A DNA stretch of 64,000 nucleotides, from positions 9,541,408 to 9,605,407 of the forward strand of contig OZ037771.1 in NCBI GenBank assembly GCA_964035545.1. Reading direction: 5' to 3'. The notes below the pieces were generated by a model. That model had not been told where the DNA came from and did no database searches. It worked only from the letters and a program-made list of their open reading frames with translations. Made by a program: the position numbers and the translations under genes. Shown here in pieces: positions 1-18,300 of the stretch (within the stretch, counting starts at the first letter, position 1; each line of letters opens with the position of its first letter). Source of the stretch: Bugula neritina. Lineage: Eukaryota; Animalia; Bryozoa.

Positions 1-940
1 CTCGTATTGTGTAGAGTGCTCTGGACAGATTGTGGTCTGGAGAGAGCAGTGGCTGAAGCCATATCAGGTCAGCTGGATGCTGCACGACAGGTGCTTCTGC
101 TACTGAAGCCAGCTTGTTGACCTATTGCAAGAGAGAAGATACCTCAACCTATAGAATGGGAGATCTTCATCCCTAGGCAGGACAAAACGAGAAACACACT
201 AGATCCGCCCACTCAGCTTAGAACCCCGGTTCATCTAGCTCCGGGCAAGGCCTAGCGGCTCATAAGTAGATGACATGCCCACCCCCCAAGTGTGCGAAGG
301 CGGGGTCACCCCATCTGTAGAGCCCGCAGGATGCTCAACCTCCCAACAACCTTTGGCTTTGGAGAGATGTCAACATGACCAGAGACCTTTCAGCTACCTG
401 GCAAATTACCACTGTCAACATCTCAAGCTGAAACCTCTAAGAAAACAGGAGGAAATGGTACACCAGGTGCAGATAAAATTCTGAGCCGGGAAAGAAAAGT
501 AGATCTGAAAGCTCAGGTCAAATCTGAAAACGACGACCCACCAACCAACCCAGTTAGCCCGCCAGTAGCCATCCAGCCTGTTTGAGTTGTGTTGGCCTGG
601 GTAGGCAATCATACCCTGGACACACGGATCACACGGACCCCATCCAAGAGAAAAAAGAAAGGGTCACAACCATCCCGTTGACCTAGCTGATTAGAGCTGG
701 AACCACCACGACCATCAATGAACAGACCCTCACCCAGCCTCTATGGGTAGCTTAGACCACAGGGCAGCCAAAATAAAAAAAGGATCCAACTTACCCACAT
801 ACAATTGTCTCATCACTGGCAGATTAGGGCGCTTTCTTGCCAAGAGAGCAATTTGAACAGAGGAGATAAAGAGCCTGATGCATCGACTCTGATGACTGAA
901 AGAACTGGCTGGGAGCTGCCAGCATTAGCCACCTAGACTG
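1..940 (+). mobile_element. Degraded 3' fragment of a Ty3/Gypsy element (integrase tail and coiled-coil remnant)
   Basis: YCVECSGQIVVWREQWLKPY (5-64) and LERCQHDQRPFSYLANYHC match YRVERSGQISVQSEKRLKPY and LERSQRTRAPPSYLQDFWC in the other elements. EEIKSLMHRL..LKE near 868-905 resembles EEVEQLLHSLQHLKRE in the 40453 ORF. Many stops. Confidence 0.75.
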
Positions 941-979
941 TATACATTCTGTGTGATACTATTGTTTGTTTTTTATACA

Positions 980-1101
980 AACACACACACGCACGCACGC
1001 ACACACACACACATATATATACATATATGTATATATAGATATATATAATATATATACATATATATGCATATATACACACACACACACATATATATATATA
1101 T
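980..1101. repeat. (CA)n/(TA)n compound microsatellite
   Basis: Seen directly. Confidence 0.95.
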
Positions 1102-1316
1102 GGGGGTTTAGATTTACGGCTTTTTTAACTTTATTTCAGACAAACATTTCAAGTGCAACTTGTCTGATCATATTTTCTATAAATTATTCTTTCAACAGTT
1201 TTCTAAAAAAAGAACAAAATAATGTACACAATTTTGACTCACTACTGTATAAATGTTAAATTTAATAATTCTAATTATCTATCTAATTAAAAGAACTTGG
1301 ATCCACACAAAAACAT

Positions 1317-1720
1317 TGTTATGAATTTATGCGATTCACTCTAAGTGTGGGTATTGAAGACTAGATGCTTGCAGATTACTAATCTAGAGCGTCGAGTATA
1401 AATAAAGGTTTATTAGATACAAATTATATAAGAGTCAGTGAAAATAATACAAGTAAGAAATAAAACTACATGACTGATATCAGGTACGCAACTACTTAAC
1501 TAAACAAGCTCCACTCTGCAACAACCTGGGGCTTGCACATCACAGTCCTTATGTACATGTGCAGCTGATGATCGTTAGCCAATCCAGATTGATTGATCCT
1601 CAGCCAATGATATACGAGATAGCGTGGCATATCAAAGTGATAACTTCTAAGTACTAAGCTAAGGTAGCGGAGCATAGTACGGGAGTAGTGTCACTTCAGA
1701 GGAAACCGCAATTCCTTACA
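1317..1720 (-). mobile_element. Probable solo LTR
   Basis: TG...CA ends with an imperfect 10-bp inverted repeat (tgttatgaat / attccttaca). The minus-strand start tgtaaggaattg resembles the LTR at 46309. CCAAT boxes and a minus-strand AATAAA are present. Flanks (acat/atac) are not a clean TSD. Confidence 0.55.
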
Positions 1721-1842
1721 ATACTTTCAAAACTGCATTGCAGTTGTACAAGTATATAGGTTTTGGTGCCAGGAGGTTTTAATGGGGGAAGGTGTATGCA
1801 GTAAATAGTGAGGTTTTGTGCTATTAGAACTAACATTAATAT

Positions 1843-2310
1843 TGTAATGGCTAGCGGAAGTGGGAGCCTCTCTGTCCCCTGCTTAACATATAGTTATAGT
1901 TTATAGTCATAATCAGTTATAAAGTTTCCATCCCAGTCTTCCTGTTTTGCACGCGGCGGGCAACATGAGCTGATGAATAACATTGTGGATCTACTCGCCA
2001 AATAACACTAACAATAACACGTGAAGGTGTCAACCAATCAGGGTTGACCTAGTACTTATAAACAGCGCCTGCCGGCGCCCACAGCAAGCAGAAGACTATG
2101 CTAGTAACTGGATAGTAACTAATGTAGCGTTATAGCTCTTGTATAAATTATCGACTGATGTAACCTATTTTGCTTTGTATCTTTTGTAACTAATATAATC
2201 ATATCGCATCTAATTGACAGGTTTGGTTCTGTTATAGCCTCACTAATGATGCAGTAATCAATCACATACAATAGTACCCACTAGCAGTTATAATTCACAA
2301 AACTACAACA
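1843..2310 (+). repeat. 5' LTR of element A (468 bp)
   Basis: Direct repeat of 6502-6967. CCAAT lies inside gtcaaccaatcagggttgac, with a TATA-like cttataaa downstream. Confidence 0.95.
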
Positions 2311-2311
2311 G

Positions 2312-2329
2312 TGGTGGCAGCAGTGAGAT
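2312..2329 (+). promoter_or_regulatory. Primer-binding site, tRNA-Leu
   Basis: tggtggcagcagtgagat is 16/18 identical to TGGTGGCAGCGGTGGGAT, the complement of the 3' end (incl. CCA) of metazoan tRNA-Leu(AAG/TAG). Confidence 0.85.
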
Positions 2330-2377
2330 CTTTGCGTGTGATAAGACTGCTATCTGAACTAATCTAAGGAATTAAAA

Positions 2378-2735
2378 ATGGCGGATCTTGACGAAGGAGC
2401 TTCCGCCGGGACAAAAGAACCGACGCAGCCTGTACCAGAAGAAAATGGTGAGCCTGATGATAATGTTCTTGCAAATCCCGTGCTAGGAGGCGAGGAAGCT
2501 AACCGGGAATTACCTGGTGACAGGTATCGCCTGAAGGCCCCCGTCTTTACTGGCAACAAAGGCGTAGAGCAGTTCATTCAGGAATTCAGTGATGTGGCAG
2601 AAGTCACTCAGTGGCCACCTTGCGTGGCGCTGCTAAAGCTGGGAATGTCAATGGCAGAGAAAGCCAAACCCTATGGGTTGGGGCCTGATGTCGGTGGCAT
2701 CTTTGCAGCTTTGAGGACTAGGTTCCGCATCTCCA
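2378..2735 (+). pseudogene. gag: Truncated gag (capsid N-terminal part) of element A
   Basis: YRLKAPVFTGNKGVEQFIQEFSDVAEVTQWPP... is homologous to the gag ORFs at 42853 and 55894. Confidence 0.85.
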
Positions 2736-5142
2736 CTCCGGACTCCAGGCATTTGTTGGCCTGGTAGGGTACTATCGGCAGTACATACTAGATTTTGCGT
2801 GAGTAGCGCAGCCGTTAAATTGGCTCACCGCAAAAGGGTTTTCCTTGTGGTGGACCCCAGTCAAACAGCAGGCGTTCGACCATTTCAAGAGTTGCTTGCT
2901 TAAAGCGCCCGTTTTGGCCTACCTCGACCCCGCTCAGGAATACATCCTGGATACGGACGCCAGCAACCACAATGTTAGTGCTGTGCTGTCGCAAGTCCAG
3001 GTGGTTCGGAAAGTAGTAGTAGTCTACTACAGCAAGGCTCTCTCTGCCGCCAAGAGGAATTACTGCACCATCAGGAAAGAGCTCTTGACAGTAATCAAGG
3101 CGGTGAAACACTTTGGGCCTTATCTTTAAATCAGAATGTTCCGGCTGCGTACGGACCATGCCTCATTGATTTGGCTGTGTAAGAGAGCTGAGCCTTCCAG
3201 CCAGGTTGCACGGTGGCTTGAAATCCTGGCCAAGTTTTCGTACCAGATTAAACATCGATCCAAGAAGAAACACGGCAATGCGGACGGGCTGAGCCGGCGA
3301 CCCAATGGAGGATGCAGACAGTGTCTTGGCATCGATAAGAGAGACAGAGGCCCCTCGTGATCCATGTTAAAGACAATGCCTGCCTATGGAGCAGGGTACA
3401 GCTGAGAGCACGGCCAGCTGGTGCCGACGCCTGGTCAACATGCGGAGGCTGTACGGACCCTCCGCGCTAACCCCGTCTTGGCCGATAATGTCTTTGAGCT
3501 GAGAAAGCTCCAGGAAACCCTTCCTGGAGTAGTAGCCAATGTTTACCGGGCCAAGAAGAAGGGTCGACGGCCTAGTGAGGAACCGTTGAAGCAGGGATGC
3601 GCCAAGTTCTGGCTGTTCTGCCAATGCTGGGAATCTCGCGGGATCAACGAAGATGGACTCCTGACCATCACATTAGCCGCCAAAGGCAGGCACCCAGAGA
3701 GGGAATGGGTGGTCTGTTCTACTGCTATCCACTGGGAATTTATTTGGGACACTCATAAGCAAGCTATCGCAAGAGTCCAGAGAGTGTTCGCTAAATTGCA
3801 ACTCCGCTGGTAGTGGCCAAAGATGGGGCGTGATGTGCGGCTCAAAGTGAGACAGTGCAAGTTCTGCCAAGCCAGTAAGCATGGCCCTGGTGAAGCGGGG
3901 CGACAGAAGTTATATGCTGGCCAGTCCAGTCCTGGCAAGTGGTAGCTGTCGATCTGGTCGGTCTCATGCCCCCAACACCCCGAGGCAACAACTGGATCTT
4001 GGTGCTCACGGACCACTTTACAAAGTGAGCTGACGCCCTGGCTATCCCAGACGTGTCGGCTCCGGCGGTGACCCGTGTGCTTGGCCAGAATGTGTTCTGC
4101 TATTTTGGCCTACCCAAGCAGATACATTTCGGCCAAAGTGCTCAGTTCTAGTCTCAGCTGATGAGCGACCTCTGTCGCCTCTGGGGGTAAATCAAAGCAG
4201 GACTACCCCTTACCATTCACAAAGTAACGGGGTGGTAAAGCGTAACAACCGCATGTTGGGTGATGCACTCCGAAGCCTGCTCCTTGGCCGCGGTCAACAG
4301 GAATGAGATACGGTTCTCCCGCAAGTCATGCAGGCTTACCGCAGCACCCCACACACAAGTACTGGTGAAACTCCCAACCTCTTGATGCTCGGTCGAGTGA
4401 CCCGGGTCCCCGGCCACTTAACCTACCATGTTCCCGATTATGATAACTCTGTACATGAGTATGTGGGGGAGTTGGTTCAACATATGAGAGTCGCACACAA
4501 AATGCTTCGCCAGAAGCAATGGCAGGTACAGACTGAGGACTCTGATAGACCTCTCCTCTATTAGGTGGGGGACAAACGGCTAAACTACAGCCCAAGTTTG
4601 TGGGGCCCTACTTGATAGTCGAGGCTATGCCCAATCATACGTACAAGGCTGAGTGCATGAAACCGTATTAGGCTAGCGCCGATGCAGTAAGTGATGCACC
4701 CTCGTTGCTCAAGCCTAGGAGGCAGACGGCACCGCGAAGGCAGCTCTGGCACGGACCTGAGTATGAGGTGATAGTACCACGAGACAAGGACCTGGTAAGA
4801 GTCGAGCGACTACCCCTTCCACCGGAGGTGAGTCTACCGCCTCCCGCTCCAGCCCCAGTACCGTCACCTCCCAAATATGACCCAGGTCCGGAGGTGGGAA
4901 CCCCTATGGCAAAAGAAGGTTCCATTCCCAAAGATGGAGGAGAAACCAGAGCTGGGACTCCAACTCCAGCTACCCCACCTGTGAAACCTACGAGTCCACC
5001 CGTGGAGGCTCCGCTATTTCTAGAGAGAAGTCAGCATTCTAGACAACCCCCGTCCTATTTGCAAGATTTTGTATGTGACTGCCTGCGAAACGGCAGATCT
5101 ACAAGTCAAACGGTAGGCTCCGCTGAGAACTGTCTCACCTAG
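2736..5142 (+). pseudogene. pol: pol remnant of element A (RT end, RNase H, integrase)
   Basis: ILDTDAS..VSAVLSQ, ELL.VIKAVKHF, LRTDHASL, THKQA..C..C, VAVDLVG, YRSTPHTSTGETP. Frameshifts and stops throughout. Confidence 0.92.
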
Positions 5143-5302
5143 CGTGAAAGTTGTGTTCTCACCGGAGCAAGTGGCTTTTGCAAGGGCAGATATTCTTCTA
5201 GTACAGAAACAAGTCTGCTATCAGCTCAGTCACTAGACTTGATAAGTTAGGACAAACTAGCTGAAGATAATACTAGTGAGTAATGGCGACGAGAATCCAA
5301 AA

Positions 5303-6270
5303 TGATAGAAGGTCTATGCGATCTTAGTCTCGAATTCGTTATTCTCGGTCAGACTACCTCACTGGTACTGGTCTCGCAAGTGTTCTACTGGAAGCGTTGT
5401 GACTTCCAGACTGTTATAAATTCGGGTTTCTTGAGAATTATATTGGTGGATCAATATTGATCCAACATTAATTCTGCTCTTTCAAGTGTCAGTCGACCTG
5501 TTATCACGGGTGACTTCTGGACGATCAGCTCCATTTGGCGCAGTGACGACTTACCAAGTCAACCTTTTTCTTCCCTCATAGAATTTGAAGATGACGGACT
5601 ACTGGAATCTCTTCACAGGTAATGGCGATGGGTATCACCAGCGACGGACAGGAAAATTGAGGCCGCTTGGAGCCTTAGCGGCAGTACTGTATGTCAACTG
5701 TGCCAAAAGCCATCAGCCTCAATTAGGGTGCTCAGAATGCATGTGGACACTCACTATATTCTTGCTTTCTGCCTTTGTGGAGAGTACAACAGCCAGCCCT
5801 GTGTTGTCTCTGATCACCAACTGTGGGTCAACTGTTACGTGGAAGCTATCTTTGCAGTTGATGAGGACAACTTCCCGGACTTTCTTGACGTTATCCGTCC
5901 TTTCGTCTACTCCTGACCGTTCTTTCACAAGGATTCCCACTCCATCACCACGTGAACCTGGATTATCGAGCCCGATCATTCCAAATCACCTTAGGCAATT
6001 TGGGCCAGCCTCTACCGCATCTCCGCGGCCGTATAGCGGGCTGAAGGAAAGCAAAACTGATAAGACGTCATTCGCATCGTCTTCTACTTCGAAGCATACA
6101 AATTCCACTTATGGTATAGAGCATAGAATCCGAAGACTACAAGTTGGTTCAGACAACTGGCACCTCAGCTCCTAGCTGTAACGACCGGACTGAACCACTT
6201 AAAAGACTCAATAGGCCGCAAAAAAAGGAAACTCCGTGGTCAGAAATTCAAGTCTGGCACCTACCGTTAA
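5303..6270 (+). pseudogene. Accessory ORF3 remnant of element A (C2H2 and C2HC zinc fingers, coiled-coil tail)
   Basis: The frame of the 5728 ORF reads CQLCQKPSASIRVLRMHVDTHYILAFCLCGEYNSQPCVVSDHQLWVNC..VDEDNFPDFLDVIRPFV from 5692. It is collinear with ORF3 at 61423. Confidence 0.8.
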
Positions 6271-6501
6271 GTATAACCAAGTATATAGTCTGTTGGACAT
6301 TCATTCTTACTCGGTGGACAACTTTGTGTCTATGTACTGCTAAATTTCTGGTTTCTTTTTGCCTTTCTTATACTGTGACCTATTGTTACTGATGTATGTG
6401 TGTATTTCTTCTTTGTATGTATTTTCCTCTTTGTATTTTACACACTACCTCGCCATTTTTTTAACTTTATCAAGAAGTGGGCTTCCTGCAGGTGGGGGTG
6501 G

Positions 6502-6967
6502 TGTAATGGCTAGCGGAAGTGGAAGCCTCTCTGTCCCCTGCTTAACATATAGTTATAGTTTATAGTCATAATCAGTTATAACATTTCTATCTCAGTCCTA
6601 CCGCTTCGCACGCAGCAGGCAACATGAGCTGATGAATAACATTGTGAATCTACTCGCCAAATAACATTAACAATAACACGTGGAGAGGTCAACCAATCAG
6701 GGTTGACCTAGTACTTATAAACAGCGCCTGCCGGCGCCCACAGCAGACAGAGGACTATGCTAGTAACTGGATAGTAACTAATGTAGCGTTATAGCTCTTG
6801 TATAATTTATCGACTGATGTAACCTATTTTACTTTGTATCTTTTGTAACTAATATAATCATATCGCATCTAATCAACACTCGGATCTGTTATAACCTCAC
6901 TAATGATGCAGTAATCAATCACATACAATAATATCTACGAGTAGTTATAATTCACAAAATTACAACA
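6502..6967 (+). repeat. 3' LTR of element A (466 bp)
   Basis: Direct repeat of 1843-2310, preceded by the PPT. Confidence 0.95.
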
Positions 6968-7939
6968 GTATTTACAATTAGTTAGTTTGAAAAAAGCTTG
7001 ATTAATTAATTTTAAGTTAAAACTTTTAAGGCATTTTTCGTAAATTTCTATAGTCTAAAATGTTGTGTGATGCATTGCAATTTCCATATTATGTTGAAAA
7101 CTAAGCAAATACAAATAATAATAAAATTGTTTTAGAAAATTTGCTAAATTAAAACTTGAACGTTTGTATCTGTAAAATAATTAATTTGTTGGAATAAGAA
7201 GCCAGTATATCAAAATACTATAGGTACTCGGTATTACATGTACTGCAATAGCACTGATATTGGCAGGAAATGTTTGTTAAAACAGAATTTCTGGTAAATT
7301 TTGAAAAATAACATGAGCCAAACTAATGTTGAGCAAACTCTGCACAATGTTAGAACTTTGAATTATTTGAGAGAAATAAATTCATGTTATAAATTTAATT
7401 GCAATACATTGCAACAAACCTTTTATCTTTTTCTGAAAAATCGCTTTCAATAAAATCCGGAGAAGTCTAATATAAACTTAATGTTCTAGTAACTAGTTTC
7501 TCTAATAAAATGTTATTGCTGCTACATGCCTGTGGTCCCCCTTTGCTTGTGTCTGACCCAGCATAACCACATCAAACCCTCAAATTAAATGCTGCTCCAT
7601 ATTCTAATTAAAAATTAAAGTAAAATAATTATTGCAAAATTTACAGGCTCTGTGCAAATTTTTTCATGAAGCATAAACATATCTACCAGTTGTTCTACAT
7701 CTCATGTGTTAACATATATATTGTAGGAGAAGCAAGGCTCTAAACCTTATCATATACATTTCATTGGGAGTTATGATAGCCATGTTTCTTTCAACTTTGG
7801 GTTTGTGCATCTGGTGCGTGTTGGATCCTAGTGCTGGGTGAGTTAAGTAGCGATATCACAGAATCCTCGGCTGTTTCTAGCTTTCATTTCATTAATTACT
7901 TTGCTCGAGAGTTTTAATCAATGACTATAAACTTACAGA

Positions 7940-12084
<4,145 letters not shown>

Positions 12085-12198
12085 ATTGAAAACTCGTAAT
12101 CAATAATATTGCTCAGTTTGGGGGTCAATGAATATAGCTTACATGCTATTGGTTTCTATACTTTATGTCATAATCATTAATATATTCAAATCAATGCC

Positions 12199-12224
12199 AA
12201 TAAAAATATTCGCAATGTTTTATT
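12199..12224. terminator. Facing poly(A) signals of the two convergent genes
   Basis: AATAAA on plus at 12199-12204 and on minus (tttatt) at 12219-12224, between the stops at 12084 (+) and 12383 (-). Confidence 0.5.
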
Positions 12225-12382
12225 GATTATTATTTTCAAAAATGCTATATTTTGAACAAAGTAATGCCGTAGTTGTTCTGAATTAAATAGCCTTGGTAGT
12301 ATAGCACTGCATGTAAAATACACAACGTGTTCATGGTACAAACATTTTTTAAGAAACATATTGTTGCTGCTTAAATGTCAAG

Positions 12383-15300
12383 TTAATAGCAGTATATATT
12401 ATCAGTGTTGAAGTTGTGCCAGCTGTAGGAGGCATTGTGGACATACCAGTTCCAATACCTGCTGCAATTAGTGTGTCTGCCACTCAACTGCTTTCTGAAA
12501 ACCTTTTTTGTGGGTTTATCATCTGATGACTCAGGAGATGCGACAGCAAATCGATTCAGTTGAAGAGATGAACTGTTTGAAGCTAAAGAGCCAAGAGAAA
12601 ACCTGATTGGTCTTCTAGTGGTAGTCGGACTGCTTGTCACTGGAGACTGTCTCCATCTACTTAATGCTAGGCTTGCTGAATTGTTAGTATTTGCTGCAAT
12701 TGTTAAAGATAAGTTAGGCGACATTCTGTTCGAACTAAATCTTCGAGTCTGCTTCGGCTTTTGTGATGACTCATGTTCATTCTTTACTTGTTCATCTTCT
12801 GGAATGCTGAGTGAAAACAATGGTTTCTTGGCAGCCCTTGCTACAAATGGACTGCTAGAATAAGTGTTCAGTGTTTCACTACTATGAGACTTTGAGAATG
12901 CAACTGGCAAACTTGGCACAGGTGACCGGGATTGATCCGAAAATTTTTGTTTTTCATTCTCCATTGATTTGAAAGCAATATAAGAATGTGTAGGGTTGTC
13001 CATCACGACAGCATTTCTTCTTTCTCTACTTCTACGCTGCATATTTTGTGATTGATCACTGACTTTTCTAACACGGCAGAGAGAATTTTCAGGTTCGTAG
13101 GCTAAAGCATTGTTGCTGGCGACCCCTTGGTTAAGGCCACTGGTTATTGCAGGTTTGTCTAAAGCACTTCTTCTGCGCTTACTTGTATCCTGCTTCAACT
13201 GAGTGGGTCTTGCAGCACTGCTCATCCGACGGAGAGAGTTTGATGGCTCATATCCTGTTGGTGAAAGGGTCAAATCAGCTACCGCACTTTGCTTGATTGT
13301 GTTATTATTGATGGAATAAAGCTTCTGATATGTGTTCACTTCACTGGCATGCCGGACTGCCTCTATGAAGTTGTGGTGTGAAGCTGTTTTCTGTAGCAAA
13401 CTGCTTGATGCTGTTAAAAAAACAACGCTAGTTTATTTAAGTAACCTTCAATTTATGGACAATACAAAACTGGTTGATGAAGTATTCTATTGCCAAATTG
13501 CTGGAGACAAACAGAATAAACATTTTATTTACTGTTGCTTTTAATTATTTTCATTAATGAAATAGGGCTTCTGTTTTTACTAACTTGAAATATGTAATAT
13601 ATTGAGACATTTGTAATCGAATTTTCTTTTAAAGCCTATTGCAGCAAGCAGCTTAAAAGCATGTTTAAATATTAAATATGGGTTTATATTAGTTTTCACA
13701 CAAATTTTTGTAGGTATTACTGTTAGATTACACAGATACCGTCTACCTTATCAGCATAAGAAAATGTGTAAATAGAAAGCTAAGCGAGAACTAATAAAGT
13801 AGTTTTTACTAAGAAGTTATGATTAAATATTCTTAATAGTCTGGCAGAAAAATGCCAATTTTTGACTTAGGTTCGCAATCCCGGATAAAGTTTTTTTCTC
13901 TCCGGATTATTCAAATATAGGGTCTAGGTAAATGTTTTCAGGTGGGTGTGGACTTCTTACCCTTGAGCATTTTGAGAAATTCAAGATGGCCGCCAGGCAC
14001 CAAACGATTTTTTCTAATTGAAATGTACCTACCCTTTGGGGCTAAATTTAAGGTTCCAATGCTTTGAAATCTTTAGAAATTAATATAATAAAGATTGCTT
14101 ATGCCTTTATCATATGTATTATTGAGTAATAGGCAAATGATACCCAAGGGTAACTAAGCTAAGCCTTAATCATTCATTTTTTCAAGTTTAACCTAGCCTT
14201 GCCGTCTTTATAATTTCCTTGCATCTTTGCATCGGTTTGTTCTAACTTCATAAAAATTTACTATATGGTGTGATTTTATATGCTGATTACAAATATGTCC
14301 ACCAAATAAAACTGAAAAGGGTTCTGCAAACTTAAAATGCAACGTCATTGCCATATGAGCTAAATAGCAATTTATTTCCAACTGGCATGCCTAACGAAAA
14401 GGTTTGTTTAACTGCCAACTTATTAGTTATTTTCAGTTTTAAAACTTTAGCTATGTTTTTTAAAGTTATAAAAAGGGGTCAACAACCTTAATAACACAGC
14501 ACCATGGCTTCTTAACATAATTTAATTGCTTTATTATTGACACATCATCTATCTAAATATTGACATTTTTGCTTTCAAAAACTATTTCTACAATCAGCAC
14601 ATTTGACTTTTCCTCTAAAAGCATTTGTAAACAGTTTTTTATGAATGAAAATGTATTTCATGCTGAGGGAAGTAATACATATTCTATTAGAACAGTAGTT
14701 CTCAACCTTTTTCATACCAATCCCTTTTCATTAACGTTTACTATTATTTCTCCTCTTTTAATGACCTATGTTAAGTGCACTGGAAGACTAATAGCTAAAA
14801 GTGATTTGGTAGAAGTAGTTAATTCTACTTTTGGTGGTTTCTCCAAAATGCTAAATAGAAAAAGTTTCTCCAGAATGCACAAGGTTTGAGAATATTGGTG
14901 GGAGAACTGTTAAAGCTAGTCTTGATGAAAGTGTAATCACTAGCATGAAGAAGCTTGAAAAGATGTTGATTAAGATTGCAGAGAACTCAAGAACAGCAAA
15001 ACTGTTGGCCATGTGCTTTATTGAACCAATTTTTACTATCAACACCAACATCATAGCTGTTAGAGAATGAGACTGGGCCTTACACCTAGCAATGGAAGAG
15101 GAAATGCACTATCTGCATAGCGTGGATGTCATGCCACAAGATATAAGGAATGAATTCGTGGCAGGTAACCACACAATGCATCATAAACGCGGCCAGCTCA
15201 ATGGCATCTGCTCGGACATGACCATTGAGGTGACCTTCGTAAGATTTGGTCACAGCAAGGGAGAATCATTGGCATCACCACTAAATCCGAAACTTTCAAG

Positions 15301-18300
15301 GTGTGGATGTACAGCACTTCTGCATGCAGCAAGATATAGTATGGCCTCAGTAACATCAGGGATGAGTCTGAAATAAATGCTTTCACTACTCATAAGGATG
15401 AGATGCAATCAAGAATCCAATCTCATTCAAAGGACAGGGAGTCTGTCAAACGGAAGATTGAACTCTGCAATGACCCACTCAAAGAATGATGCCACCCAGT
15501 TGCTCTTGTCAATATTGAAGCAGATAAATGCAACTGAGATGAGGATGCTTCGAAACATTTACAATATAAATTGGGAAGACCATGTAACAAATGATAATAT
15601 AAAGGAGGAGGCCAAAATAGAAGCCATCGCAATAGACATGAGGAGGAGACCTCTTCAATAGTATGGACATGTGCGCAGAAGAGATACGAAGGAAGATATT
15701 ATAATGGTGGCTGAGATGAAGATATAGAGAAAGAGCGGGGGGGGGGGCAAAAAAGGTTAATGGATACAGTGAAGGATGGCATACTGAAATGTGGCTTCTC
15801 AGATGAAGATGTTGACAATAGAATCAGATGACACTCTCTGATAGCACTTGGTGCCCTGAAAAACCGCTACTCATCCTGGACCACAGCGTACTGGGTGAGA
15901 AAGTCTGAGACAAAGCCCTATAATGAACAATTTGCTGCCTTCCCATGGCCTCTCAGGGGCAACAATGTAAAATATTGGAAAGGGAGTCATACTAAATGTC
16001 TTGGTAGAAGGAAAGTGTGATTTGGTGACACTAGTGCTTTTTTTCCAGGATTACTATTTATACAAGCTACCAAGTTTATGCTATGTTACTACAATTATGC
16101 AAAGTGCTCCTCCATGACATCTACAAGACAAAAAGGCTTGGGAAACCAAGGTCAGCAATGCTATTTGCAATGTGCCTTTAACTTATGTGCTTTGCCTCCT
16201 ACAGATGAAGCTATTGGACAATGTCACCAGAGCACACCTCCAGAAACTGCGGCATTAAACCCACTAGAACATTGTTAGGTGATAGGGAATCTAATAGAAC
16301 CTTTTTTCTCAAAAGGAGTAGAAAATGATGTTGTGCTGACACCAGACAGTATTATGAAGTGGATCATGTTAGTTAATTTGGTGTACACTTGATGACTCTA
16401 GCTTTTGGCGATTTTTTACAATTCAGCTGCTATTGTATATAGATTTTTGTCTCAAACTATCAAAATTTCAACAAATAAAACTGAATAATTAAGGCTTTTC
16501 CAATTATGCATGATTTTCTATGTCTATTTCTAATTTATTATTACCTTGAGATATCATATAGGCCGTGATGATTCACAAATGTATATTTAGCTTGTATGAC
16601 AATGACGCCGCGCTTAAATGTTGCAGGACCTCTTTCCAGTCATTTTTGTTATGCATAAGATAGAATCAGCAAATTATATTACCCCATATAGTAAGTTTTG
16701 ATGAATTTTAAGCCAAACTTTAAAATTTTTGATCATAATCTGCTGATGTGTACTAAATAAAGTAAAATGGCCGAAATTTATTAAATGCTCCTGTGGAAGC
16801 CAACAATCATGCAAAACAACACGATATGGCTATTCTAGTACATTTATCCCACGCACAGAGTTCTGCTCTTGTGAAGCAGTAACAGGAGTGTGCTGCAATG
16901 AACTATCATTTCTAACAAATGCTGATGATAGATAAAAATGAAAAAGGTGTTTAATATGAACATGAGTGAAAGTTTGTCGCATTTGTACGACTATATACAT
17001 GTTCAATTTTAACTTGAGCTGAGCAATATGCTGCATCTGTATCTTTTTTTCACTTCCCATTCACTGGCAATAAGCAATGTTTTTCTTTATATATCTGTCC
17101 AGTGTCCAAACAGTTATTCAAAAAGCCTTGTATCATTTCTCTGCACCATATGTGGTGTTTTATTGAAGCAATTCCGATTTTTGAACTGAGCAACATGTCT
17201 CTTGGCTCTTTACTTTGATTCCTTTTTTATTGGCATGGCACATATTCTTTCTGAAAATGCACATCTATTTGAATCATCAAAAAAATTTTGTTTTTGCAAC
17301 ATAATATAGACTTTATGCCGACAAGATTACGATTTTTTCATAATTGGCGGCCATCTTGGATTTCCCGAAATGCTCAAGGGTGGCAGGTCCACACCCACCT
17401 GGAAACATCTACCTGGACCCTCAAGATAAATAATCAAAAGAGAAAAAAACTTTATCCGAGATTGCGAACCTAACCCCCAGTTCTGCCAGACTATAACTAA
17501 GATAAGGAGAGTTAGATAAAATGACATAATTTAAGCTTCATAGATAAGACCTGGTGCACAGAGGTCACGGTTATTGTACACTCTCACATGTCCCACACTT
17601 ACACTAGTCGGCTATAGAGCAGCTCTCAACTGCATATAATGGTATTGGTTTGCTATTCGCACTAAAGCAGAGACAAAACTTAAACATCTTGTTGTCAGAG
17701 AACAAGGTTCTCATAGCCTGAAGACATGTACATCAGCAAAATTAATCCTATGACATGTAGGACAAAATGGCAGTATGTTTGAACAGTACCTTTTATGTAG
17801 AAGTATGAAGAATGCCTATATTTGTTACAGCTTTCAACTTTTTACCAATACAAAAATATTTTGTGGACTTTGAATTCACTGATTTTCATTCAATTTCTAT
17901 TGAATAATGTCAATAATTTGCTTATTAGAGTTATCCAAACTTGTGAGTTTCGTAGGGTGCCTACAAACTACTGTAACTAAACTCTAATTGAAATAATTTC
18001 TTATTGCAAATATTTCCATTACCAATATTTTGTGCAGTATAATAAGCAATATTGTTTCACTTACATCCTACAGAATTGTCTAAAATGCTTTCAATTGTTT
18101 CCTCTTTGAACTCTACAGCTTGCACTTTGGGTCTTGTATTGATTTCATCTCTACTTTGGGCGTGGGATTTGCTTTTCCTCCGACAGTTGTACACTTCTGC
18201 TAAATCATCTTCCGCTAGAACACCTTCACAAACACAGACAAAACCAACAGTTTAATAAATACCCTGATCTCCTTCATATATGCCAATTATTTATTTGAGT

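Larger units (their letters stand above)
1843..6967 (+). mobile_element. Ty3/Gypsy element A, internally deleted (lacks C-terminal gag, protease and most of RT)
   Basis: LTRs 1843-2310 and 6502-6967 (TGT...ACA), PBS 2312-2329, PPT ggtgggggtgg 6491-6501, flanks ATAT/GTAT. Gag joins directly to GLQAFVGLVGYYRQY near 2736. RNase H and integrase remnants have many stops. Confidence 0.95.
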
